A DNA stretch of 63,994 nt, counting the filler, from Bigelowiella natans CCMP2755 (taxonomy: Eukaryota > Protista > Cercozoa), in assembly GCA_000320545.1 (NCBI GenBank). It is 4 parts of 4 records of this genome, joined end to end, with 100 filler letters (N's around TTAATTAATTAA, not from the genome) between each part and the next. Parts side by side here need not be neighbours in the genome. Positions count along the whole stretch, not along the records: positions 31,023 to 40,590 come from ADNK01001489.1; positions 40,691 to 62,837 come from ADNK01002245.1; 2 more parts are not named here. The stretch is one strand, 5' to 3'. A program made the position numbers and the translations under genes. Shown here piece after piece: positions 39,089 through 52,431 of this stretch (position 1 is its first letter; each line of letters starts with the position of its first letter). The notes under the pieces were generated by a model, which did no database searches, was not told where the DNA came from, and saw nothing but the letters and a program-made list of their open reading frames with translations.

Positions 39089-40026
39089 AGAGAATAAAAG
39101 AGAATGAGAGGGGGGGGGGGGGGCAGGAGAGAATGATGAGCTTAGAAGTAGGTACTACGGTCTCAAGCCGAACCTAATTCCCTTGATGAGCTCGTGGCGT
39201 CTATAGCAAACTAGAAGCAAGAGGATGAGGAGGCATGCCAGAATGCTGAGGACGGCCACTGCTAAGATGAAGGCCTTGAGCTCCTTTGCCAGCGTCAGGG
39301 TTTCCCGCTTCGGAGGCTCGTACGTGTTTGACGCCCACTGTCTCCATGCAGCTGACGTATTCTTCAAGTGATTGCAGGCGATTTGGTATCTGCGAAAAGA
39401 AAATTTGTTTTCACGACAAAGCGAAGGCATGCATGCAACGTCCCGAGGCCGCGGACAGTGTGCGTTGGTGATGTGACGAGTGAGTGCGGTGATGGCAGTG
39501 GAGAGGTTGTTGTTGTTGTTGTTGTTGTGGGGGTGTGATGAGCGAGCGAGGGGGACGATGGCAATGACAGTCATGACGACGGCGACGATGATAATGATGA
39601 TGATGATGATGATGATGACGGATGATGAAGCTCACGGTGCTGATGCTGTTGTTCTTAATATTACGACGCATTGCGGAACATCTCTCGATATGGATCGGGT
39701 TGAATATGCACGTCGTTGCTGTTCTCATTCATCGGTCGTACTCAATGCCAAGGTGCCCTCCCGTGAATCCCGTTTGCGGTATATCCTTAGCCCACAGCGA
39801 ATCCATTTGCTCCTGTGTTATCTTAAAACGCCGGTACATTTGTCCGAAATCATGATACACATCCTTCGAGTTTCCAGTCATTACTCTGAGGGGGGTGGGG
39901 GGGTGGGGGCGACGGGGGCGAAGATTAACAGGTAGTTATTCTTCGTCCTCGTTGTGTCTTTTTAAGGGAGCGAAAGATGAAAGAGGAGAGATGTAGATAT
40001 GTCAAAACAATATGGAAGAGAAAACC

Positions 40027-40072
<46 letters not shown>

Positions 40073-40364
40073 GAGAAAAATAGAATCTCCAGCCACATCA
40101 TCACCAACATGCGCAGCTCCAAAACGGCAAGAATACGAGCACACGTGTCGTTCATACTTTGGGCTAGCAATCTTCCGCAGCTGCACGATTGGAAAGTCGC
40201 AGTCAATCGACCCCACCCCCTTAAGCGACTTTGTGTTTCCATCGTAGCACTTCTGTGAGTAGGGGGGAAAGGCCACGCGCTGAATTCTGACTTGTCCAAA
40301 CAAGTCTTCTGGTATATAGCCGGCCTTCATCACCATAGGTTCCCCTCTCAGCAGTTTTGCAAAG
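37025..40364 (-). CDS. Class C (GABA-B-like) GPCR with OpuAC/ProX-like substrate-binding ectodomain; 5' end lost in gap
   Basis: 7TM segments AFILAVAVLSILACLLILLLLVCYRRHELIK, CAARLWLPPVGMAMVFSALGVKTYRIYRIF and YNEAKELGLSLY. Ectodomain RGEPMVM..QRVAFPPYSQKC..DCDFPIVQLRK and IACNHLKNTSAAWRQW. The 3' end is approximate. Confidence 0.8.
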
Positions 40365-40590
40365 CTGTCAAATCAATGAGGAAGGGAAGAAGGGGGGGGG
40401 GGGGGGGGGGGGGGATTTTTTCTGTTGGTGGGATTTCCTTTTTTCACAATTTTTTTCTTTCCCCCCCTTCAAAAAAAATTTTTTTTGTTCCCCCCCGGTA
40501 AAAAAGGGCCGAAAAGGTAGGGCCTTTTTTTCCCTAAAACAAACCCAAAAAAAGGGAAAAGGGGAAAAAAAAAAGGGGGGGGAAAAAGGT

Positions 40591-40690
40591 NNNNNNNNNN
40601 NNNNNNNNNNNNNNNNNNNNNNNNNNNNNNNNNNTTAATTAATTAANNNNNNNNNNNNNNNNNNNNNNNNNNNNNNNNNNNNNNNNNNNN
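40591..40690. other. Assembly gap with artificial six-frame-stop spacer
   Basis: N-run with TTAATTAATTAA at 40635-40646, preceded by homopolymer-rich low-quality sequence. Confidence 0.97.
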
Positions 40691-40835
40691 GGCGACTAAA
40701 TATCGGGGGGGGGCATTATACTTCTGACTTCAACGTGTGGCTGGCAGCTACGGAGTTATGCAATTGGTGCTAGGAAACACTTACTCTTGAACGATGTAGG
40801 CCATGACTCGTCGAAGCTCCTCAACTACCTAAATA

Positions 40836-40892
<57 letters not shown>

Positions 40893-41280
40893 TTAAATAA
40901 ATGTCGTCCTCCTTCTCTTTTCGTTGCGCGTCGTCCTTGTTGACTAACCACGCACTAACCGCGCACGAGAGCTCTATCGCTCACCAGCAGCACAAAATGG
41001 GAACGAATTTAAGATCCGGTGGCCGCTCCCCAAGCGAGCAAGAGCCATACAAATGCCACACAGCTTTTGTTTTGAAAGCACGGTGGGTGGGGGGGGAACT
41101 CGACCTTGTCCATCTCCTGCACGGTGCGCGTGCAGTATACGAGCTTTCCGGTATCGGAGTGCTGCAGCTGATACGACAGGATGAGCGACAACAAGGACAC
41201 CGTTTTGCCGGTGCCTATATGTTCCACGGCAGTTTGTGAGAAGAGTTGTTGTGTGAGCGAGCCGCTGGAGAGAGATGATA

Positions 41281-41322
<42 letters not shown>

Positions 41323-41362
41323 TGTTTGATTTCATTCAACAGTTAGCACCTTGTGGTAGTAG

Positions 41363-41407
<45 letters not shown>

Positions 41408-41904
41408 AAGTAGTACCTGTAGGCATCTCCAACAGACAGTGGCCTTTTACACCATCAAGCGTTTGCTTGATGTGAAACATGTATCTAGACGGAGAAGTCG
41501 GAGATTGACGGACGTGGTAAGGAGGGGGAGGAGGAGGAGACGAAGAAGAGGAGGAGTGGGGGGAGTGGGGGGGGGAGGGGGGGGGTTGTTTATCAGATTA
41601 CAACGAATTCCTACGCGGAGTGGGTTCTGTTTTGTTGTGCGGTTGTCTGTCAAATCAACATAACAACTGTATAATAGCTATCCTCCATATCATCATAATT
41701 ATGGACGTTCTAAGTTATGGTCACCATAACCATCGTTATCGTTATCATTATAATCATCATCACCATTGTCATCGCCATCATCATCGTCATCATCATCGTC
41801 ATCATCATCATCATCATCATCATCATTATTCCGGACTTGGCCTGCTCGGGATAGATGTAGTCATAGGGGAAATAGACGACCAGCCCATCGATATTAATCT
41901 TCAT
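40691..41904 (-). CDS. ERCC2: TFIIH helicase XPD/Rad3, 5' exons only
   Basis: [23 protein letters not shown]|[19 protein letters not shown]|[25 protein letters not shown]|VVEELRRV is the canonical XPD N-terminus with Walker A. Truncated by the gap. Confidence 0.95.
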
Positions 41905-42498
41905 TATCTGTGGGTCAGTTTACTGTCCTTACTGCGTCTTCAATCTGAAGGGAAATACAAGAGCCATAAATCTCAGCTTTGTGGGGGCTCCCGACGTGCT
42001 AACACGGCAGATTTTGCGCACTTTTCGGAGTTGATATGAAGCAAGTGCATGATCTCTCCAATCTCAGGGATATTTAAAAAAGATAAAGATTAGACATGTG
42101 AGTGGGGTGATTTGTGCATGCTGCCACATCTCCATGGCTCACCTTCAACAACAACCTCTACCTTGGCCCTTCTACAGCCGTAACTCACCATTCAGGGAGA
42201 GTTAGATCTGAAACTCCGAATCCCTTTTTTAGAGCGTATAAAACCTAAAAATGCTATGTGTTTAGGTAATACGACAAGCGATTTCATCAGAAAAGAGTCA
42301 TAGATGAGATGGGCGACTACACATGTTTGGTTGTCAGAATTACATCCGTAGTATTTCCATAGATGCAATCGATATCTGTAGGGTTTGCTCCGATTTTTAA
42401 TATTTCGCTCTGGATTTTCGGTTAGGGATTTTATTGTGATGACTTTGTGTAATATTTTTAGTATAAAAATATTTCTAATTTTTTTTATCTCAATTGAT

Positions 42499-44206
42499 AT
42501 GGTTCATGGGGGCCACCGGCCGATGCACGCCTGCTGTCTACTGACTCTCTTCTTCATTATGGCAGATTCGAGAGTACCCCCTAGACTACTGGCAGGGGGG
42601 ACGAGGGCAGTTAGAGCTGCTGCGGTAAAAACCATTAGGAGGCCTGTCGGGTTGCCGTCACATTTGAGAGAGCACAAAGTAAATGTACCCCCCTCAAGCC
42701 GATACCGCTTCTCCACGCCTCTCGCTCGCTTCGCTTTTCTTTCATCGTCATCTTCTTCTCGTTTGTCCCCCATTTTCTCCACTGGGTCATTATCAGCATC
42801 ATCATCATCATCATCTTCTGATCGAGCAGCAGGCGAATGGACGACTGTCCCACTGCGCGTATACATCGAAGATACCGACGCCTTTGGCGTCGCTTACTAT
42901 GCAAACTATGCAAAGTTCTTTGAACGTGCCGTGCAGGCAAGGGCAGGACTCTGGTTGCAGCAGGAGAAGAAGGGGGGGGGGTTAAGGACCGCTACTCCAA
43001 CGCTCTTCAGCATCAATAATATGCGCTATAAGAAACCTGCTATTCTCGGGCAGCTACTTAATGTAAAAAGTCGTGTTGTCGACCACGACGCTCATTCAGT
43101 GAATGAAGAGATGGTCATCTCAGATGCCGATTCTGGGGATGTCCTCAATTCCGCAACTGTGCGCTGGGGGTTCGTCGACCCAGGTTCTACTACCTGCGAG
43201 GATGATAACGACGGTGCATTGGTGTGTAGCGTCGTCAATTCGCCTCTCCCATCCTCCTCGATGTTCAACACCGCCGTAGAGGATCGACAGCCCCAAGCAG
43301 ACATAGACATGGGCAGCGACGCCAGCGCGGCTATTGCGACTGTGGAGGAGCAGCTGAGAGTTGAGCAGAGGAGGTTTGGTTGTGCTGTGAGAAAAACGAG
43401 AGCATCGGTCCTCGTAGAAGATGTGGATGCAACAGGCTTTCTCTCCCCAGCCTCCACGCTGCGCTACTTTGAGAGAAGCCGAAGCGACCTGACGGGAGGA
43501 CCGGGGGCGGGCTTAAGGTCATTGCACGAATCTGGAATTTCCATATTCGTGGCGAAGATAGATCAAATGACGCTGGGCACGCTTGGGAGACGCCCCCGCG
43601 TCGGGGCGCCGCTGGAGGTGAGGACGTATACCTTACTGAAGGATAAGCCTGGGACCATGCTAAAAATGTGGCAGGAGCTGTGGGCTTGTGAACGCGGTTA
43701 TTCGGAAGATGCAGCATTCGACGATACAGCTGAGCTGGTAGCTACTGCAGAGGTAATATGATGATGATGACGACGACGACAATGATGATTAGGAGAGATG
43801 ATGACGACGACGACAATGATGATTAGGAGAGATGATGACGACGACGACAATGATGAGTAGGAGAGATGATGAGAGGAGCTGACTTCATAGCTATTTTACT
43901 TATACGAAAATCCCTCATCTAATACCGATATGATGATGACGATGATGACGACGATACTCACGTTATGTATCGAAAAGACGCTTTATTGTCTGACAGGTGA
44001 CCACGATGACAGTCGACAGCGCTACTTCGAGACCAACCAAAGCACCCCAATGGCTGTACGATAGAGTGAAGCAACTTTCATCATCCTCCCAATTATCTGC
44101 TGAGAAAGAATCGAATCTTCGAAAGAGCAACAGGATAGGAAAGGGCGAAATAATTGAGCTGAAGCTCTGGCCATCACACAGCGAGAGCCTGGTTGATAAT
44201 GAATGA
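42499..44206 (+). CDS. Double hot-dog acyl-thioesterase (YbgC/4HBT-like) with long N-terminal targeting-like leader
   Basis: RVYIEDTDAFGVAYYANYAKFFERA (YbgC signature) plus a second degenerate copy VEDVDATGFLSPASTLRYFERSR. Last exon 43997-44206. Start at 42499 or 42559. Confidence 0.8.
43763..43864. repeat. Intronic minisatellite, 3 x 34 bp
   Basis: Unit GATGATGACGACGACGACAATGATGATTAGGAGA at 43763, 43797 and 43831 (one mismatch in copy 3). Confidence 0.9.
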
Positions 44207-45280
44207 TTATCATAAAATTATTTGATCTATGTGCAACATTGAGCTTCCTCGACGGTGCGACGTTAATGTGCTGGAAAAATGACAAATGCAAGCGTGTGAT
44301 GCGCTAGCTAGCTAGTGCGATAGTTTGTGCTCTAGTGCTAGTGTGCATACTATAGCACACTAGCACACTAGCACTGTTCGTCTCGCTTCCATGCCAGTAG
44401 TCATCATTGCTAGATTGTTTCGACATGCACACTAGACAGAGCTCTAGAGCTAGCAGACAGCATTATCAAGTTATAAAGTCACGGTGAGACTGCGGATGCG
44501 TTTGGCAGCAACATGCATTGCACATATCCGGCAGGACGCTGCTAGGCAGTTAGCTAGCTGTAGCAGCGGTACGTTAGCTAGCTAGCTAGTGAGCAGCAAT
44601 GACTTGCATGCACCGATCGCATGGGCCACAGCTAGCACAGATGGGCGGCATTATATATAGGCCTAGCAGTCGTGCTAGCAGAGTGGTTGAATACGATGTA
44701 TATGTGTAATTTCGCCGGATGACGACATTGCTATAGCTATAGATTGATAAACATGAACGTACTATCTAGCTATGTGCTATAGCGGGACTGTGCACGATGC
44801 GCATTTTGTCTACACGTATAACATGAAAATGTGCGATATAAACATAGCTAGATAGCTAGATAGCATGGAAATCTAGCTAGCTAGACATTTCAAAAAGATT
44901 ATCTAGTCATGCACGCATGCTAAACATCTGATCCAGATTATTGCAACAATGCATGTGCAGACGTTGCTAATGAGAAAGGGCGTCGCAGGTACGATGCGCG
45001 TGCGGAAGGCATACCGGCCGCGTGCACTCGTGCAGCAACAAATAAAAAGCATGAATAGGCATCTAATAATAACCAATTTATTATGTTCTCTGTGCTGAAT
45101 ATTATAAATTCTACGAATTGATGGAGGTTGAAGTTCTAGTCATAGTTGATAATAACAATTTTTGTTTGCGCAGCGAATATGCTGCGCCAAAGCTTTTGGG
45201 CTGTGCACTATTTATGTTTTCCAACACCCAAGTAAGATTATGGCGTGTGCTCTATTTACACATTGACCCATATCTGAATC

Positions 45281-46199
45281 TTATTGCGACCTCGGTGCGC
45301 AAAAGACGCCTAGCACGTGGCGCGTTGCATATACATAGGATGCCTTCCGTTTCCCATCTGAGATGGAGCCAAAACAATAAACAACAACAACAACAACAAC
45401 AACACACAGTATGAGGCCGGTCCTCCACGAGTAGATAGATGGGAAAGGGGACGACGAGGGGTGATGGGGTCTCTCGGTGACGACTGCATCGTCGTCACAT
45501 CCACCCCCACAATTAGGATATCGTACCGATGCATAATGATCTGTGAGGAAGGAGGAGGTCTTCACGGTGCCGTATCCGTTGCGGGATAGGATGTCCAGCC
45601 TCGTGCTCTCATGTGAGTTGGGTTCTGTCTTGCTCGCTATACTGAGGAAGGTGTCGTCATTTCCCATGGATACTTCCTTGTCTTGGAGAGGAGGTTCCTG
45701 CACGTATTTGGAACCGGGGGGGGGGGGGGGGGGGGCACCATCAGTATGGGGGGGGGGGGAAACAACATTTCGTCCTCAGCAAAGCACTTCGTGGTATGTG
45801 CTGGTAGTGTGAGTGAAATGAGTCTTCAGATTACTCATGATGTCGATTAATCGAGTGGTAGTCTCTCCTATATTTCATGGTATTATACATGGGTAGGCGG
45901 GGGTGAGCGCATCATTTCGCATCATCGCTATCACTGTCTCAATATCTCACCGTGAAAAGAGTCATTCGCATGGCTACGAACGGGATGTAGTAGAAGATGC
46001 ACTTGAACCCTCCCCACACACGGCACACCCTAAGGTAATCCGAGTATATCGGGTAGAGGGCCACGACGAGGAGGCGTTGTTGGATATCGGGCCGATGGTT
46101 CCATAGAGCGTAGTTGATGAACATAGCTTGGAACAACTCCAGAATGTAGAACCCGATGCGCATGTTGAAGAAGAAAGTCCACGCCTCTTCGTAAGCGGT

Positions 46200-46236
<37 letters not shown>

Positions 46237-48198
46237 TATTTTATTTTTTCGGAAGAGAACTGGTGAATGCAGTAATAGCAGTGATAGTCAAGGGGCCTAT
46301 TCGTCTTAACGCGGAAAAACACCCACGGCGCCATGGGAATTATTCAAAAGTCGTAACGGTAGTTCCTTCAACTTCATTCTCTACTCCACAATATGCCGTC
46401 ACGGTAGCAGCAGCGAGCAAGACAACAATGGAGAATCACGTGGTTCTTCTTCTCTTGTGCTTCACTTTTCAGTCACAAATTCGTTTTATCGACTACGATA
46501 CCTTCATCAAGAGGAAAGGGACTAGAAAATGAAGGAAGATGGCCGACACGTGTCGCACCGACTCACATCGGAACACAACATTTCCTAGGAAAGACCCCGC
46601 ATCGTACACCAGGAACAGGTACAGGCGGATGATCAGCCTCCGTGGAGCATTTACATACCTAGTCAACACCAACACAGACAACAATGTTTACCAAAGCCAA
46701 AGGAGAAATCGACATATTACTCGAGCATACATGCATCGAGAGCGAGAGGAGGAGGAAGGGTGGGGGGGGGTACACAATCAAAAATTGCTTGCTTGTCTTG
46801 CTTTTTAAGTGAAAAAGGGGGTTCATTACCATCGCTCCGCCCTCTGCTTCCACAGGTTCGACGCACCGTAGCCCTGCTCCCTCCCCCCACCGCACATGGT
46901 GGCGAACGGCGTGGCGTGGGAGGGCGCGAAGGTGGAGACGTACGACCGCAGGTCCTGCTTGATCTTGTGGTTGCGGAGCAGGTTCATCGCGCCGATCCAC
47001 CCATCTTCGCCGAACGGGAGGAAGGGGTGCTCCCACAGAATCGACTGGAAGCGGTCCCTGCGCCACAGCCCGATGATGCCGTGGCAGAACCAGGACGTCC
47101 CGGTCAGGGAACGGAAGTACCGCCATTGCGAGAAGAGCAGAAACTCGAAATCGACGAGCCGCTGCACCAGGCTCGGCCCCATCATGGATATGCCGTAGGA
47201 GACCCCCGACACCTTGTCGTCATCGAAGTGGCTCTGGTCAAACACCATGTCCTCCGGCAGGATGGTGTCGTCGTCTATGTGCACGATGTACTCGACGTTC
47301 TTGGGGAGAATCTGCATGCCTTCCCAGATCGCGCGCGTTTTGAGGCCCTGCGGAACGTAGATGTAGCGGATGGAGGGCGAGATGGCGCTGACCCTCTCGT
47401 GCGTCGAGTCGGGGGGCTGGCTCACATTCGCATTGTCCACGACCACGATGTTCTCGGGGGGGATGTGCCTGGCCACCGACCTAAGCGTCGCTTCGATCTC
47501 GTCCTCGCTCTTGTGGCAGGGAATGACACAACCGATCTTCTTCAAGAATTGCGGGTCGTTCACGAACCCGTGCGGTTTGTCCGGATACCGAGCGTAGATG
47601 TACCCGACCATCAGGTATACAATGCCGAGAGCTGCGATGGCCATGAGACTCAGAAACGCGGCGCTGAAGTAGCCAAGGAAGGGCTCCTCGGATGGGACGG
47701 GCACTCGGAGTGCAGCCCACGTGACCTGGTAGAACTGAGTGTGCGCGTAGAGATAGTAGGCCGATATGCACATGCTCATGTACCTAGGGAAGTGGGGGGG
47801 GGGGCATGTATTTTAATAATAAACAGGGCAAGGCTGGATATCACAATTAAGATATACGTACCACAGAGCGGCTCTGCCATATCCTATGAGGTGCGTTGAC
47901 CAAAGACCCATCATTACGAACGCCGAATATCCGGTGGTTTCTGTGTTCTCATCGCAAGCTTCCTCGTCTCCGCCGCTATATATCGTAATGAAAGAGGGGT
48001 GAGGGAAGGAGGAACTCGATGAATACATGCAAATACGGTCTTCTCCACGTCAATGCATGCTTGTTCTCTTCTTTCTTACCAGTTTCCATATGTAGATCGC
48101 ACGATCCATGAGATGCTCCGAAGGATTGAATGTGCCAAGGATATGGTTACAACGACGAATGTGCACGTAATAATGTACGGCACGAATGCCAGGTACAC
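45281..48198 (-). CDS. Membrane-bound processive family-2 glycosyltransferase (synthase-like); ends approximate
   Basis: Motifs VIPCHK, VVVDN, GLKTRAI, HIDDDT (DxD), FCHGIIGLW, FGEDG and KQRAERW (QxxRW-like), with TM helices on both sides. Confidence 0.85.
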
Positions 48199-48199
48199 T

Positions 48200-50954
48200 G
48201 GTAAATGAATTAGCATGTTCTTAAATCCGTTGCCTTCGAGTGAACGGAACTTCTTTGCGCTCTAGGACAAAACCGCCAACCGATCTCCAAATAAGACTCT
48301 CTCTCCTGCAGGGAATTGAACAATTTAGAAGAAACTATGGGACCAAATGGATGACTAATCTGGTTTCGTTGGAAAATGCAGTTGGGGAAGATGTGATTTG
48401 TTCCCTAAACCTGCTGTGGCCACGAGGATCCCCGAGGAACTTCCTAGCTCTGACGTATGCACATCAAAAACGGCAGAACTACTTTTTAGCATTAAGTGAA
48501 AACTATGCAATAGGTGGGAACTCAACCATTTTTAACATAACTGTCGCATAGGTACATTGGTAATCATAAATGAGAAATAAAAGTGATGTTCCTCTGATTA
48601 CTTATGTCTCTACTGTACTCCCATGTACAAAATCTACAGCTCCCTTCTCAATATAGATTCCATTTTATGATTATGCATCAATATTGAATTCATCACCCTT
48701 TTCTTCGAAAATGAAAGCTGATTCGAGGATACAGAGAGTATCCTCGCCTCACAGATCAGCATTAAATAAGGGTTGAATGTTAAATATGTAATAACACGTT
48801 CTCCTTCCAAATGTTCGTAATGCTCAGACCAGCACACACTGAAGAAGGATCTAGGTTGAGTGGCACTGTAAAGGAAAAGAAAATTCTCTATATTTTGGAG
48901 CCTGTCCCGGAAACAGACCTCTTACTTGAAGCTGGAAGGGTCTGGAAAACAAGAACGGGGGAGAGGATAGACTGGCTTATTTCCACAAATACAGAGAACG
49001 TCAACCAGCTCGATCCAAATTATGTTTCATAAACGAAAAAATTAAATATATTCAAATATAGGCTACAAATGGAAATAATTTCCGAAAATCTCAGTCGTAT
49101 ATGATGATAGGGGATAAAATGAATGTTACCATTCCGAAATTAGTACTTAGAAAAAGAAACCTAGATGCTCCCGTCAATTTTCTTGACGACAGGAATTCTA
49201 ACCAAATAAAAGAAAGGAATTGGTTCGATTTTCGTACACCTTGTAGTTGGTGGAGACGAAACTTTTTGCTAAGCAAAATTTAATCAGATCTACTACTAGC
49301 TCTCAGACTTTTTGATACACCTTTATATTTATATTCGACAAATATAATGTACATATTCTTGTAATATTCTAGGATATTCTGTAAAATCCTAATATTTATT
49401 TTCACGATACTTTACTTAAAGTTAAGAGATGCGTCAACGAAAATGCGACGTAACTTCGAATGCGCCAGAAGCAGTTTTGGACAAATCACCAAATAATATT
49501 TATCAGAATTTCGAAACACTATTTCTACAAGGTACGGATTAGTTACCCCTTATAATTCTGAATAGCGACATGAAATAAATTGTAAGAACTTGTTAGTATT
49601 GAAGAACAAGAACAGCGATGTGTGCAGAACAGTCTCCAAATTAGATGCTTAGGGTACAATGCTAACCCTAGTTAGATTTATGTACAATGTTAACCGATAT
49701 TTGGAGTCCCAAATTAGGGCAAATATCGAAATGAATACACTTTTGTTACATAAAATGTATTCTTTAGCATTGCGTTTTAGAATATATAATGTTTTTAATT
49801 ACATTTTGTATCACTGGGTAAGTAGACTAAAAGAAAATCGGTAACTAAGAAATCGCGCCGACATAAAAACCGGCTATTAAATATACAGGGAATTTCACAC
49901 GTGATCCTTGCGTTCTGGAGCGATTTTGTGGACATTGCGCAACAATAATTGAAAAGAAGCCGTTAAGATACGAATTCTTTTGCTCCTTTGAGGTACCCGA
50001 TTCCGTTCTCTTATTTGATTGTTATACTTTAATTCTCAACCAAAAATGGTGGATATTTTTCAATGACGCTTGGCATTAAATCGTAAATCGAGCTATAAAT
50101 CTCCTCATCTAGCGTTTGGAAGAAAAGAGCATAAATTTCTTGATTGCGACAAGTTGATTTTTGACTTCCGCACACAAAAGGAAAAGAAGTGGCGAAGTGA
50201 ATAACTCTCAAAACAACTGCGAAAGCACTCATATGAAATAATTGTATTTCAGGTTTCAACGACCGCATATTTGAATAATTTTTAACATAAAAGGGTCCCT
50301 TCTCCTATTTATTGCGATAAAATTATTATTAAATTCGGCTGAGTTTCACAATAGCTTGCCTTGCACCCCCTTCAACCACTTCGCAATTTTCTTTGGAGGT
50401 TAACTTCATTCTTGAACGTTTCACTAACACTGTATAACATCTCGGTCTCAAGAATGATGTTGCTTTACACCTCAATATTTACACTGTATTGTGCAGAGCT
50501 GTGGATTAGGGAAGCGGTTGTATCAAAGCCAGCCTACGACAATCACGGGAAATTGAGCAGGCTCCCATCTAGTGTGGGGGTTGCTTGCGACTGAATCTTA
50601 CAGGTTAGATTTTAACTGGACGAATTAAATGTAGGTATTAGGATGATATCATTGTCATCGAAGGAGAGATGGTGGAAGCACGTTAGAATGAGGACACAAC
50701 CCCGAGAGTGAAATGGATTAATATTTTTGGAAAGATCATAGATGAAATATTTTTTGCAATATTGCTATTTTAAATCGAAGGAGAGGTGATGGAAAGCAAG
50801 TACCAGGAAGAAGAGTCCTTAGAAGATATTCCCGAGACTGAAATAAATAACATCCTTGGAACTGGAGAAGCAGACTCAAAGCACTCAAATCAAGCTTACG
50901 GAAGCTTTAGAGGTGCAGGCATTCCCAAGTTTTAGAAATTCGATGAGCGCATAT

Positions 50955-51033
<79 letters not shown>

Positions 51034-51525
51034 CAATATAAAATTAACAAATAACACATTTTAAAAACTGCGTGACTATCCTACTTGTCACAGTATCGAA
51101 GCACACAATATTCCATATAAAATAAGGAATTGTTTATCACTCGATTTCGATAAGATAGAAACGACCTCTTTCGAACAAACCAGCACATCCTCCGAAGTAA
51201 CTTCTACCAACGCTTAATAAAAAGGAGGACGCCATGATGACTCACGGTATCATCTTGCCGGGTTTATGAAGCATGAATATCGCCGAAGAATTCGGTCACC
51301 TCTGGACGCGGGGATCACAGCCATTCTCTTTCTATCTTTATTAGGAGCCCTTGTAGTAGGTGATGTAACAAAAGCATAACAATTATAAACGAGTATTAAT
51401 ACTGTTATTTTTGGTCTCCAGGAGTCGTGCGTCCACTGCTTTCTCACGATAGCCCCCTGAGCCAACCCTTGTCGCAAATGTTCTTCATGGAAGTCCCTGA
51501 GAGCTCTTGAAATGCCCCGCAACAA
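48200..51525. other. Unresolved AT-rich, exon-like region; possibly 5' extension of the GT2 gene or a separate gene
   Basis: Short coding-like segments with splice-like boundaries on both strands. I could not obtain a consistent model. Confidence 0.25.
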
Positions 51526-52431
51526 ACCAATATGTCATGCTGGGTCAATATTAGTCTTGCTCCGTTAAAAGAAAAACTGTAGCAGAGACGTACGAAAGCA
51601 AGTGTAGGAATAACTTCGAGGTCTAGCGTCATCATGTAAATATTTAATGTAATGAAGCATGTCCATTTATCTAGATGTGAAGTTGTGCAGCGCGCGCCTT
51701 CTCCTGGTCCCATGCTAGCATGCGGTTGGAGTACATGCTAGCATGCATGCCAGGAGTCCTGTAATCGCAAATCTCCACTTAATCGCTCGCTGTCCGCGTC
51801 TATTCGGTGCTCTGCACTCGGAGGACAAGTGCTGCTGTCTGGCTGGAATGCTCTTGTCTGCCTGCTAGCTAGCTAGCCTGATCCAGTGACATGCTGCGAT
51901 GCTTCCAGCATCGTGCATGTGTCTTGTCAGAAAGCACGCACAAATCTAGAAATGTGTTCTTGCTAGCTTGCACACGCATGCACAGCTAGACAGGCTAGCT
52001 AGCTAGCAGGCCTTGACTAGCAGGGGGCAGCAGCGGCAGCAGCATCTCCAAACTAGCTAAACCTTGACCACGTGCATGCACAAGCTAGCAAGAAAGCTCG
52101 CTGCCGGTGCATGTGATGCAGTGATGCCTACTTGTTGCATGCACAATGGACACAGCGCATGCGCATGTCCACATTGTGCATCATGATTCGACGCTGGTGG
52201 GCTTACACATTCACGACTCCTGGATGTTGAGTGGTATCAGCCGAATCTGTAGATCTGGCTGCAGCCATTCTTGTCCCATTGGCTTCTCCACTTGCTTGGA
52301 CTTGGAAGTTGTGTGTGATTTGTGATGAGGGAGTAGGAGACATAAGTTTTTTTTCGTCTGTTCCAAGTGAAATTGCACTTCCCGCGTCTGTGACACAAAT
52401 CTGTCAGGTCAAAGCTGGGCAGAACAGATGT

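Noticed and set aside
40385-40590. Homopolymer-rich segment before the gap
   Set aside because: Looks like degraded read-end sequence after a poly-G run.
25719-41904. Rictor, XPD and the GPCR as truncated pseudogenes, or an XPD-GPCR fusion
   Set aside because: Each is cut at an assembly gap of unknown true size, and the visible exons are intact.
43763-43864. CRISPR-like array
   Set aside because: Head-to-tail minisatellite without spacers inside a eukaryotic intron.
46760-47899. 379-aa plus-strand ORF
   Set aside because: Antisense shadow of the GC-rich GT2 exon with no recognisable motifs.
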